From assembly GCA_027006785.1 (NCBI GenBank), contig JALTFR010000032.1, positions 67,685 to 131,684 of the forward strand: DNA of 64,000 nucleotides. Reading direction: 5' to 3'. Origin of the DNA: Thermoplasmata archaeon (GTDB lineage Archaea > Thermoplasmatota > Thermoplasmata > WALJ01). Below, piece by piece: positions 37,126 through 45,839 of this stretch. The notes under the pieces were generated by a model. The model made no database searches. It was not told the DNA's origin and was given only the letters and a program-made list of their open reading frames with translations. Each line of letters starts with the position of its first letter. Positions within the stretch are counted from its first letter, which is position 1. The position numbers and the translations under genes are program-made.

Positions 37126-37563
37126 ATGAGAAAAATCATAAATTCAATGAACAGAAGCCTTTACCGTGAAACAAAGGCCCTGATGATGCACTGGGGCTTC
37201 GGAGAGACATGCTCTTCCATATACGCACTTCTCTTTGTCAGCGAGGAGCCCCTTACAGCCAAGGAAGTGGCAGACGAACTGGGCTACGCCTATTCATCCA
37301 TGATAAACGAACTGAACAAGCTCAGGAGAGAATCTGTGATAAGCCGGGAAAGGAAGGGGCGAAAGTATGTCTATTCATCACGTAGGGATGTGGAGTCCAT
37401 ACTTCTCAGGGAAAAGGAGAAAACACTATCGATCCTCAACCGCATGAATGAAATATTGAATAATAAAAAAAATCTTCTGGACTCATATGTAAGACAGTCC
37501 ATACGGAAAAGCATAGATATAATAGAAAGGGGGAAAAATAATGCAAAAAAAGGAGAAAATTGA
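37126..37563 (+). CDS. winged-helix transcriptional regulator (ArsR/GbsR-like)
   Basis: LLFVSEEPLTAKEVADELGYAYSSMINELNKLRRESVISRERKGRKYVYS is a wHTH; diverges from the usp-acr3 pair and overlaps the downstream radical SAM gene. Confidence 0.55.
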   Translation: MRKIINSMNRSLYRETKALMMHWGFGETCSSIYALLFVSEEPLTAKEVADELGYAYSSMINELNKLRRESVISRERKGRKYVYSSRRDVESILLREKEKTLSILNRMNEILNNKKNLLDSYVRQSIRKSIDIIERGKNNAKKGEN

Positions 37564-39058
37564 AAAGAAAGAGAATGAGATGGATGAAGCAGGAATTCTG
37601 AAGTATCTTCAGGCGGTGATGGACAGCAAATTTGCGCACTATGTCATGAAAGAGATGGCGGAAACAAAGAAGATAGAGAAGTCGCTGGCGATATATGCCG
37701 GTGTGGAAAAGCCCTCTGGAGTGCGGGAGTCGCTGAGAGCCAAAACGGTATCGGCAGCAATAGAACGGGCAGCAAAACTGTTTCATGCCACTCCGGATCA
37801 GATAAAGGATTTGCTGAAGGACGCATATATGAGGAAAGGATTCAGTGCAATAATAAAGGGCATTGCAGAATACGGCATAACGAAGCCGCAGAGGCTTTCC
37901 GCTCCATTTATGGTGGTCTGGAACTTCACCAACCAGTGCAATCTCAGGTGCAAACACTGCTACGCAAATGCGAAGCCATACCCTGCACCGGATGAACTGA
38001 GTCTGGATGGAAAGATGGAGGTTCTGCGACAGCTTGACGAGGCTGGGGTTGCGGCCATATCATTTTCCGGAGGAGAACCACTCATAAACAAGGACTTCTG
38101 GCCTGTCGCAAAAAAAGCATCGGAACTGGGATTTTATGTGAGCGTCGCCACGAATGGAACGCTTATTACGAAAGATGTGGCCCGCCGTCTGAAGGAAATC
38201 GGTGTCAGGTACGTGGAGATAAGCATAGACGGACCGAATGCTGAGATACACGATGAGTTTCGTGGGGTGAAGGGTGCCTTTGAGCGCTCCATAACCGGAA
38301 TCAGGAACCTCAAAGAGGTTGGGGGAATAGATGTTGGAATAGCCACTGTTGCAACCCATCACAACCTTGCACAGATGCCCGAGATGATCAAGCTTGCCAG
38401 AGAACTGGATGTGGACAGGCTCATCGTCTTTAACTTCATACCCACAGGTCGTGGAAAGGATATAGTCAAGGATGACCTTACGCCGCAGGAGAGGGAGGAA
38501 CTCCTGAACTACCTCTACTCCGAATGGTCCAAGGGAGATATGCAGGTACTTTCCACATGCCCGGCCTATTCCCGCGTATCTCTGACCGCGGTTCTGAAAG
38601 ACAAGGGCGGCAAGGTATCTCCCACGCATTTTGCAGATGTCGAACTTCCGGAGGAGTACATGAACGCGGGCCAGACCCTTGCGGAATTTATCGGAGGATG
38701 CGGTGCAGGAAGGATATACTGCTCCATAGATTATAACGGAGATATAGAGCCCTGCGTCTTTTTGCCCATAAAAGTAGGAAATGTCATAAAGGATGGTTTT
38801 CAGCATGTATGGGATACAAGCGAGGTATTCCTGAAACTGAGAGACAGGGATGCCGAGGAATATGCCTGTTCCACCTGTCCGTTCCGCTACGTATGCGGCG
38901 GATGCAGGGCCAGAGCCTATGCCTATTTCGGAGATATACAGGGCCCCGATCCAGGATGCATCATGCAAAAGGACAGATGGGAAGAAATCACAAATAAGAC
39001 ATCTGAGGAGCTTGGGCACCATCACGAAACGGTGAAACGAGAGCATGCACTGTCCTGA
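37541..39058 (+). CDS. radical SAM enzyme with C-terminal SPASM domain (AhbD/NirJ/anSME-like) and ~100-aa N-terminal extension
   Basis: NQCNLRCKHCY (CxxxCxxC), GGEPL, and C-terminal CSTCPFRYVCGGCRARAY auxiliary-cluster Cys motif. Confidence 0.8.
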   Translation: MQKKEKIEKKENEMDEAGILKYLQAVMDSKFAHYVMKEMAETKKIEKSLAIYAGVEKPSGVRESLRAKTVSAAIERAAKLFHATPDQIKDLLKDAYMRKGFSAIIKGIAEYGITKPQRLSAPFMVVWNFTNQCNLRCKHCYANAKPYPAPDELSLDGKMEVLRQLDEAGVAAISFSGGEPLINKDFWPVAKKASELGFYVSVATNGTLITKDVARRLKEIGVRYVEISIDGPNAEIHDEFRGVKGAFERSITGIRNLKEVGGIDVGIATVATHHNLAQMPEMIKLARELDVDRLIVFNFIPTGRGKDIVKDDLTPQEREELLNYLYSEWSKGDMQVLSTCPAYSRVSLTAVLKDKGGKVSPTHFADVELPEEYMNAGQTLAEFIGGCGAGRIYCSIDYNGDIEPCVFLPIKVGNVIKDGFQHVWDTSEVFLKLRDRDAEEYACSTCPFRYVCGGCRARAYAYFGDIQGPDPGCIMQKDRWEEITNKTSEELGHHHETVKREHALS

Positions 39059-39170
39059 GGCCTTTATGAACAACCTGCTCAGGGGGTGGGCCCCACAGAC
39101 CTGTCTCTATCAGAAATGACAGCATCGGCCCTGAAGAGAATAGGTTCAATCAGAGTAAGGAGGTATTTTA

Positions 39171-39737
39171 ATGAGTGAGAAAGAGAACGGAAAAATGAAT
39201 AAGGTGGCGTTCTGCCCGACGATGGGCGTTTTCATGGAGCGCCTCGACGATATGAGCGATATAGAACAGGTACCTGTGGGAAGTGCGGGCCAGGCCCTCG
39301 TCCTTCTTAGAACCGGACAGGTTGAGGGTGTCATTATCGGAAGGTACGCTAAGGCAATGGAACTGCCGAACAACGCGAAATTCGTTAAATTGATGGGTGG
39401 AAGAACACTGGTATATCTCCAGAAAATGGGTGTGCCAGTGGAGGCGTTGAAGGATGTGGATGTGCTCACCTATCTCAAACCGGAGGAAATAGCGGATATA
39501 TCCGGTCTTTTCAGGCATGTGGAGCATCTGGAAAGCCTGGATGACTGCCTGAGATACGGGCTGAAAATACCGGTGATAATAGACTGGAACGACTATCGGG
39601 ACGACTTCGAGCTTCTCATACCTGTCAATGAAAGAGGGGACAAGGTGCTGGATTTCAGGGCTCCGGTGCTATATCACACCGGCATTCCGCAGGAAACCGT
39701 TTCCGAGATTGAAAAAAGGATAGGTGAGAAATCATGA
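39171..39737 (+). CDS. hypothetical cytoplasmic protein with periplasmic-binding-protein-like (MqnA/NMT1-type) fold prediction
   Basis: GGAGGT RBS 9 nt upstream; alternating beta-alpha pattern (KVAFCPTMGVF...ALVLLRTGQVEGVIIGRYAK); fold assignment tentative. Confidence 0.4.
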   Translation: MSEKENGKMNKVAFCPTMGVFMERLDDMSDIEQVPVGSAGQALVLLRTGQVEGVIIGRYAKAMELPNNAKFVKLMGGRTLVYLQKMGVPVEALKDVDVLTYLKPEEIADISGLFRHVEHLESLDDCLRYGLKIPVIIDWNDYRDDFELLIPVNERGDKVLDFRAPVLYHTGIPQETVSEIEKRIGEKS

Positions 39738-40141
39738 CCGCAACAGACTTAAATATGGAAAAAGAATCGAGAAGCATGAAGATAGCGATACCGAGCACGG
39801 ATGACAGAGGCTTTGACAGCCAGGTTGAGCAGCATTTCGGAAGGGCGAGGTACTATACCATCGTGAACACGGAGGATATGAGCGCGAAGTCGGTTCCCGT
39901 GCCATTTGAGAACCACGGGCCCGGCGATATACCGAATTTTCTGAAAGAGCATGGCGCTAATGTCATAATAGCATACGGAATGGGAGGAAAAGCCGTTCAG
40001 TTCTTTGACGATATGGGCATAGAGGTCATAACAGGTGCCATGGGAAGGGTCGGCGATGTGGTGGATGCCTACATGAAGGCAAAGCTGGCCGTGGACAGCA
40101 ACTGGAAGGACGATCCCGGATTCGGAGAGCACAAACACTGA
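39734..40141 (+). CDS. NifX/NifB-type dinitrogenase FeMo-cofactor-binding-like domain protein
   Basis: MKIAIPSTDDRGFDSQVEQHFGRARYYTIVN...NVIIAYGMGGKAVQFFDDMGIEVITG matches the NifX_NifB (PF02579-type) signature; ATGA coupled to the upstream gene. Confidence 0.7.
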   Translation: MTATDLNMEKESRSMKIAIPSTDDRGFDSQVEQHFGRARYYTIVNTEDMSAKSVPVPFENHGPGDIPNFLKEHGANVIIAYGMGGKAVQFFDDMGIEVITGAMGRVGDVVDAYMKAKLAVDSNWKDDPGFGEHKH

Positions 40142-40197
40142 AACCCTGCGACCAAAACGAATTTTAACTATGACCGTATTAAACCCCCGGTGATAGT

Positions 40198-40455
40198 TTG
40201 GATGCTCTACCTGTGATCGCAGGCCTGGTGAGCGCTCTCGGCCTGCTCATGATGCTGATATCCCTGATAGCCTACAGGAGGACAGGGATGAACAGGATTC
40301 TGGCAATGGCCGGGATATCCGCGATACTGATGCTCAAGGGAATACTGATGCTGCTGGGCGTCTGGAATGTGGTGGAACTCAGCTACGAGATGATGGCCGC
40401 TGTGGACCTTTTGATGGCGTTTGTTCTGGCAGGGGCCATATTCGGAAAGGAGTGA
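40198..40455 (+). CDS. small membrane protein (2-3 TM helices)
   Basis: 85 aa, hydrophobic helices, no Cys. Confidence 0.4.
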   Translation: MDALPVIAGLVSALGLLMMLISLIAYRRTGMNRILAMAGISAILMLKGILMLLGVWNVVELSYEMMAAVDLLMAFVLAGAIFGKE

Positions 40456-40459
40456 CATG

Positions 40460-40975
40460 GAGAAGATACTTCAGCTGGAGGCGAGAAGGCGCGTATTCGA
40501 AGCGGTGCGCGATAATCCCGGAATACACATGAGGGGTCTCGAGAGAGTGACGGGTATGCCCATGGGAACCCTGCGCTACCAGTTGAGGTACCTTGAGAAG
40601 CACGGCCTCATAGTTGAGAGGAAGGAGGGCAGGATGGTGACATACTACCCCTCCGAGGGAAAGAACATCGTTGACGCTCAGGACAAGAGATATCTGGCGA
40701 TACTCAGGCAGGAGATACCCCGCCTCATAGTCCTTCACCTCATGATGAACCCGAACTCCACGCACGGTGACCTCAAACCACACTTCAAGATATCCCCTTC
40801 GACCCTCTCTTACCACCTGAAGAAACTGACGGACTCGGGAATTCTCATAAAGGAGGATGGCAGATACAGGGTCAGGGACGAGGAGAGGGTGGCGAAGGTG
40901 CTCATCACATACAGGCAGACCTTCGTGGATGCCATGGTTGACGCGTTCGTGAGGTTCTGGGAGGGAAGGAAGTGA
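40460..40975 (+). CDS. tandem winged-helix (ArsR-like x2) transcriptional regulator
   Basis: Two consecutive wHTH units (GIHMRGLERVTGMPMGTLRYQLRYLEKHGLI and THGDLKPHFKISPSTLSYHLKKLTDSGIL). Confidence 0.6.
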   Translation, partial: EKILQLEARRRVFEAVRDNPGIHMRGLERVTGMPMGTLRYQLRYLEKHGLIVERKEGRMVTYYPSEGKNIVDAQDKRYLAILRQEIPRLIVLHLMMNPNSTHGDLKPHFKISPSTLSYHLKKLTDSGILIKEDGRYRVRDEERVAKVLITYRQTFVDAMVDAFVRFWEGRK

Positions 40976-42576
40976 GCGTTCTCATCCTCGACGCATATGT
41001 GGACGAGCCTGCGGCATTGGGTGTTCCGCCGTACATATCTCAGTACCCGAGATACCTCTGGGGAGCGATGAGATCTGCTGGCAGAGAGGTGCATTATGCG
41101 ACCATAGACCAGTACAGGCATGGAAAGGTGTCGCTGGATTACGAATATGTGGTGGTGATAGGCGGTGCAATAGTGCCGGGCAGGTACATGAGAGGGCTTC
41201 CCGCATCCATGAAGGAGCTCAGGGAGATAGAGCTCTACATCAAAGGGACCTCGATACTCGGCGGTCCCGTGGCCATGTTCTCGAAGGAAGCGGAGGCTAT
41301 GGGATATGACCATGTGGCGAAGCTGGACACGGAGGCATCGGTCTTCGACCTCATAGAAAAGGGAAAATTCACACAGCGCAGGAGGACATACGAGGAATGG
41401 CTGGAATGGTCGGTGAAAGGCGCTGAGATGGTGAAAGAGCACCCTGATTTTCCACACTATGTCATAGCCGAGATAGAGTCCTTCAGGGGATGCCCGAGGT
41501 ACTTTACTGGAGGCTGTTCCTTCTGCATAGAGCCGATGTACGGAAAGCCCGCTTTCCGCCCGGCTGAGAACATAATAGCCGAGATAAAGGGGATGTACGA
41601 TGCAGGGCTGAGAAATTTCAGGATCGGAGCGCAGACAGACATATTCTCCTACATGGCGGAGGGAATTGGAAAATACGAGGCTCCGGAACCCAACGTGGAT
41701 GCCATTGAGGAGTTATTCAAAGGAATATGGGACTGCTGCCCTGATATAGAGGTTCTTCACCTGGACAATGCGAACCCTTCCACCATCGCAAGGCACCCTG
41801 AGGAATCGGAAAGGGTGGCGGAGCTTCTGGTGAAGTACACGACACCGGGAAACACCTTGGCGTTCGGAATGGAGAGCGCCGACCCTGTAGTTATAGAGGA
41901 GAACAACCTGAACGCAACGCCGGATGAGGTGATGTTAGCCATCGAGCTTCTAAACAGGGTTGGAAAGGAGGGGGGAGAGAACGGATTGCCCCGGCTCCTT
42001 CCCGGATTGAACTTCCTCGGAGGTCTGAAAGGAGAGAGCAGGCGGACATACCGCCTCAACTACGAATTCCTGAAGGAAGTTCTGGACAGGGACCTCATGC
42101 TCAGGAGGATAAACATCCGGCAGGTCGCACCCATAAGGACCGAGTTCCCCCGCATCCTTTACAGGGACTTCATGCACTTCAAGAACAGGGTGAGAAGGGA
42201 GATAGACGCTCCCATGCTTGAAAGGGTCGCACCCGCTGGCATAGTTCTGAGAAAGGTGTATCTGGAACTCAACAAAGGCGGAGTGACATACGGGCGGCAG
42301 ATAGGCTCATACCCGCTGACCGTTCAACTGCCATACAGCACCGATGTGGAGCGCTCCGTGGATGTCCTCATAACAGGCCACAGGGAGAGGAGCATAGGCG
42401 GTGTGGAGGTCCCGCTGAACATAAACACGGCTCCTCGCAGGGCGATAGAGGAACTGCCCAATATAGGAAAGAAGAGAGCACTCCGCATAGTCACAGGCAG
42501 GCCGTATAGGAGCCCCGACGATTTGAAAAGTGTTCTGGACGAAAATCTTGATCTGGCTCAGTATATCACATTTTAA
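40972..42576 (+). CDS. radical SAM enzyme with N-terminal Rossmann/B12-binding-like domain and C-terminal helix-hairpin-helix nucleic-acid-binding motif
   Basis: FRGCPRYFTGGCSFC Cys cluster; TIM-barrel core; C-terminal NINTAPRRAIEELPNIGKKRALRIVTGRP HhH. Confidence 0.7.
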   Translation: MSVLILDAYVDEPAALGVPPYISQYPRYLWGAMRSAGREVHYATIDQYRHGKVSLDYEYVVVIGGAIVPGRYMRGLPASMKELREIELYIKGTSILGGPVAMFSKEAEAMGYDHVAKLDTEASVFDLIEKGKFTQRRRTYEEWLEWSVKGAEMVKEHPDFPHYVIAEIESFRGCPRYFTGGCSFCIEPMYGKPAFRPAENIIAEIKGMYDAGLRNFRIGAQTDIFSYMAEGIGKYEAPEPNVDAIEELFKGIWDCCPDIEVLHLDNANPSTIARHPEESERVAELLVKYTTPGNTLAFGMESADPVVIEENNLNATPDEVMLAIELLNRVGKEGGENGLPRLLPGLNFLGGLKGESRRTYRLNYEFLKEVLDRDLMLRRINIRQVAPIRTEFPRILYRDFMHFKNRVRREIDAPMLERVAPAGIVLRKVYLELNKGGVTYGRQIGSYPLTVQLPYSTDVERSVDVLITGHRERSIGGVEVPLNINTAPRRAIEELPNIGKKRALRIVTGRPYRSPDDLKSVLDENLDLAQYITF

Positions 42577-44050
42577 TGGGCATTTTCCCGCGTTTCCGTC
42601 CTTTTCCTATCATGGAAGAATCTATCTTTATGACTGAAACGAGTATTATTCCCACGGCAGCGCTCAGCATATTGGATATTGCCATGCCGTACCAGATGCC
42701 TGTAGAGCCAAGACCGAAAATAAGGCTGAACGAGTAGCAGAGAGGGAGCCTCAGTCCCCACAGCCTTATGGTGCTCATAATGAGGTTGAACTCGGTTCTT
42801 CCGCTCCCGTTGAAGTACCCCATGGAGGCGCGGAATATGCTGAAGAAGGGCATACCGAGCGCGATTATTGACATGAATACCACACCGTTCTCGATAACCA
42901 GAGGATCGTTAGTGAAGAATGCAAGTATCTGCTCGGCAAAGAGAAAGAAGATTGCTGAGAAACCCCACAATATGGCAAAGCTTATCCCACCTACCTTCCA
43001 GTAGCTCTCCTTGGCCCGTTCTATCTTTCCTGCACCTATGTTCTGGCCGACTATGGTCGTCAGTGAGAATGCCAGACCATCTACTATTATGAATGTCAGA
43101 TTCACCATTCTGTTACCTATGCCGTATGCGGACATGGCAATCCTCGAATTCGGAATACCGTTGGTGTATCCGGGAATGGCCGCTATTATCAGCATCATAA
43201 CAAAGAATCCGATTGCCGTGAATGTCATGGCAAGGGACATGGGAGTGCCTATGCGTATTATTTTCTTTATAAGATTCATATCAGGATTCACATCCTTTTT
43301 TCTGACCCTTATATCTGCCTTTCCTGCGTAAAGCCAGTACATGGCTATGGCTGCCGAGAGCATTCTTGAAAGCAGTGTTGCAATGGCAGCCCCCACTATT
43401 CCCATGGCCGGAAAACCAAACCAGCCGAATATCATAATGGGATCAAGTATTATGTTCAAAGTCAGGGTCAATCCGTTTATCCACATGGGTGTGACCGTGT
43501 TCCCCCAGCCCCTGAGTATCATGCTGAACACTATGCTCAGGAACATGAAAGGAAGGCTGAGGAATATCACCCTCGCATAGTCTATGGCCATCCGGGTGAC
43601 CTGTGGGTCTGCACCTATGAACTCCACGATTTCGTCCACGAAGAAGAAGCCGAGCACGGCCATGGTGAATGAGACAACAACAGAGAAGAATACCATCTGG
43701 CCTGCCACCCTGTCCACCATCTTGCGGTTGCCCGCACCGGTATACTGGGACACGAGGGCCGTTCCTGCAGTACCGAAGCCCATCGCAAGCGACATGAAGA
43801 TGAATATAAGGGGCCACGACACATTCATGGCCGCTATGGCTATCATGCTCTCGCCCTCCGGAAGATGCCCCACCCAGAACATATCCGCAAGGTTGTAGCC
43901 CGACTGCATGAGGCTCGTTACCATCATGGGCCAGCCGAGAATGAATGCTGCCTTGATGACATTGCCGTTGATAATCTCGTTCTGCACTTCCTTCGGGCTT
44001 CTCATTAACGACCCGATGCTTTCCATATTTAAAAAGGTTTGTATCTTCAT
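42566..44050 (-). CDS. MATE-family multidrug/oligosaccharide efflux transporter
   Basis: 12-TM, duplicated MATE halves, typical N-terminus ...AFILGWPMMVTSLMQSGYNLADMFWVGHL. Confidence 0.8.
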   Translation of the reverse strand: MKIQTFLNMESIGSLMRSPKEVQNEIINGNVIKAAFILGWPMMVTSLMQSGYNLADMFWVGHLPEGESMIAIAAMNVSWPLIFIFMSLAMGFGTAGTALVSQYTGAGNRKMVDRVAGQMVFFSVVVSFTMAVLGFFFVDEIVEFIGADPQVTRMAIDYARVIFLSLPFMFLSIVFSMILRGWGNTVTPMWINGLTLTLNIILDPIMIFGWFGFPAMGIVGAAIATLLSRMLSAAIAMYWLYAGKADIRVRKKDVNPDMNLIKKIIRIGTPMSLAMTFTAIGFFVMMLIIAAIPGYTNGIPNSRIAMSAYGIGNRMVNLTFIIVDGLAFSLTTIVGQNIGAGKIERAKESYWKVGGISFAILWGFSAIFFLFAEQILAFFTNDPLVIENGVVFMSIIALGMPFFSIFRASMGYFNGSGRTEFNLIMSTIRLWGLRLPLCYSFSLIFGLGSTGIWYGMAISNMLSAAVGIILVSVIKIDSSMIGKGRKRGKMPIKM

Positions 44051-44114
44051 GCAAGTGTTATCTGGAAAGTATGAAATACTGTTAAACTTCCGGGAAAATG
44101 TGTCAAAGAACTGG

Positions 44115-44753
44115 ATGAAAGAGAAGAGGCATGACTACTACTACCGGAAGGCGAAGCAGACCGGATACCGTTCAAGGGCATCCTACAAGCTCATCCAGAT
44201 AGACAGAAAATTCCATATCTTCAGAAAAGGCGACCTTGTGGTGGAACTGGGTGCCGCACCGGGCGGATGGTCACAGGTCGCTCTGGAACTGATAGGCGAG
44301 GAAGGAAGGCTCGTGGGCGTTGACCTTCAGGGAATAAGGCCATTAGAGGGGGCTATCTTCATAAAGGGAGATTTCACCGATGATGCAGTTAAGGAGCGCA
44401 TAAGGGAGGAACTCGGAGGGAGAAATCCATCGGTCGTCATTTCGGACATGTCCCCCAACATCTCAGGTGCATACTCCACGGACCATGCCCGCTCCGTATA
44501 CCTCACCGAACTTGCACTGGATTTCGCAATAGAGAACCTGAAGAAAGGCGGTGTCTTCGTGGCAAAGGTATTCGAAGGCGACCTTCTCCCGCCTCTTCTC
44601 AAAAAAGCGAGGGCGAACTTCGGAATGGTGAAGATGCACTCACCTCCTGCCTCTCGAAGCTCAAGTTCAGAGATATACATAGTTGCCAAGGGCTTCAGGG
44701 GAAGGCCTGAAAATCGGGAAAGATCTCCCGAACCCGTGAATGAGGGCACATGA
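44115..44753 (+). CDS. rlmE: 23S rRNA (uridine-2'-O)-methyltransferase RlmE/FtsJ
   Basis: DYYYRKAKQTGYRSRASYKL, SAM-binding DLGAAPGGWSQV, catalytic K-D-K-E context. Confidence 0.85.
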   Translation: MKEKRHDYYYRKAKQTGYRSRASYKLIQIDRKFHIFRKGDLVVELGAAPGGWSQVALELIGEEGRLVGVDLQGIRPLEGAIFIKGDFTDDAVKERIREELGGRNPSVVISDMSPNISGAYSTDHARSVYLTELALDFAIENLKKGGVFVAKVFEGDLLPPLLKKARANFGMVKMHSPPASRSSSSEIYIVAKGFRGRPENRERSPEPVNEGT

Positions 44754-45081
44754 AAAGATGTGATGGCAGGGGCGAGTCCGATGAACCGAAACCCGCGACA
44801 TACGGACATTCCAGCATCCTTTTTGCGCTCTCCACCTCATTCGCACCCTCCTTTATGAGCACGGAGTCCACCTCTGCGTGCTCAAGCAGATAATCTATGT
44901 GCCATTTTCTCTTCTTTTCTGCTCTGAGATGCCTTTTAACCCTTGCCTCAATACCTCCGGGGCCATATGCCGAGCCGACATATGCATATTCTCCGCGGTT
45001 AAAATGCAATCTTCCCAGCGCTCCAACCTTTATTTCCACGCCCTCAGGCACCCTTATCAGAAGTATATATATCCCTTTCAC
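44695..45081 (-). CDS. DUF123 / GIY-YIG-like domain protein
   Basis: GIYILLI...GEYAYVGSA...RHL pattern of archaeal DUF123; 3' end overlaps rlmE 3' end by 59 nt (convergent). Confidence 0.55.
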   Translation of the reverse strand: MKGIYILLIRVPEGVEIKVGALGRLHFNRGEYAYVGSAYGPGGIEARVKRHLRAEKKRKWHIDYLLEHAEVDSVLIKEGANEVESAKRMLECPYVAGFGSSDSPLPSHLFMCPHSRVREIFPDFQAFP

Positions 45082-45800
45082 TCCATATACCTTCCGCCGT
45101 TCACATTGATGGTCTCACCGGTTATGTGCTCGTTCTCTATCAGGAAGCGGACAGCATGGGCGATCTCCTCTGGCTTGGCTATTCTGCCCATCAGGGACAT
45201 CTTTGCGAGCTTCTGCTTCATGTCCTCCGTAAGAAACTCCGTGTCCACAGGTCCGGGCGCAACCGCATTGACGCGTATATTGTACGGAGCGAGTTCCTTT
45301 GCCAGGGCTTTCATCATACCGAGCAGGCCCGCCTTGGATGCAGCATAATGCGCTCCGACATTGCCCCCGTCCTTTCCGGCTATTGAGGATATGTACACGA
45401 TATTGCCGGATCTCTCCTTTTTCATGTACTTTGCAGCCGCCCTGCTGCAGTAAAACGCTCCTCTGAGGTTTATTCCCATGACCCTGTCCCATTCCTGATC
45501 GGGTATGTCCTCAATTCTCTTTGCCTTGGGAAGTATGCCAGCATTGTTCACTAGAACATCTATCTTTCCCCACTCGTCCATCACCTGCTGTATCAGGTTC
45601 TCCGCATCATCCTTCCATGATACATCGGCCTTTATCAGCAGCGCCTCTGAGCCAAGTTCTTTCACCATTCTTGCGGTCTCATGGGCTATCATCTCATCCC
45701 TATCATAGTTTATCACAACAGAGTATCCGTGTTCCGCAAGCTCAAGTGCTATTGCCTTTCCTATGCCCCTGCTGGAGCCGGTTATGAGAGCGCTCTTCAT
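45078..45800 (-). CDS. short-chain dehydrogenase/reductase (FabG-like 3-oxoacyl reductase)
   Basis: TGSSRGIGKAIA (NAD(P)-binding), NNAG, and YAASKAG (Y-x3-K active site). Confidence 0.8.
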   Translation of the reverse strand: MKSALITGSSRGIGKAIALELAEHGYSVVINYDRDEMIAHETARMVKELGSEALLIKADVSWKDDAENLIQQVMDEWGKIDVLVNNAGILPKAKRIEDIPDQEWDRVMGINLRGAFYCSRAAAKYMKKERSGNIVYISSIAGKDGGNVGAHYAASKAGLLGMMKALAKELAPYNIRVNAVAPGPVDTEFLTEDMKQKLAKMSLMGRIAKPEEIAHAVRFLIENEHITGETINVNGGRYME

Positions 45801-45839
45801 ATAATCTCCTGAATAAGATGGAATTAAAGGTAAGGGGTT

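Noticed and set aside
38060-39073. 337-aa minus-strand ORF
   Set aside because: Antisense to the SPASM radical SAM gene, whose Cys motifs clearly define the true frame.
39059-39170. tRNA-like GGTTCAATC string in the spacer before the PBP-like gene
   Set aside because: No acceptor/anticodon arm pairing and no CCA-proximal structure; not a tRNA.
40810-41457. 215-aa minus-strand ORF
   Set aside because: Antisense to the 5' half of the radical SAM/HhH gene; His-rich low-complexity translation.
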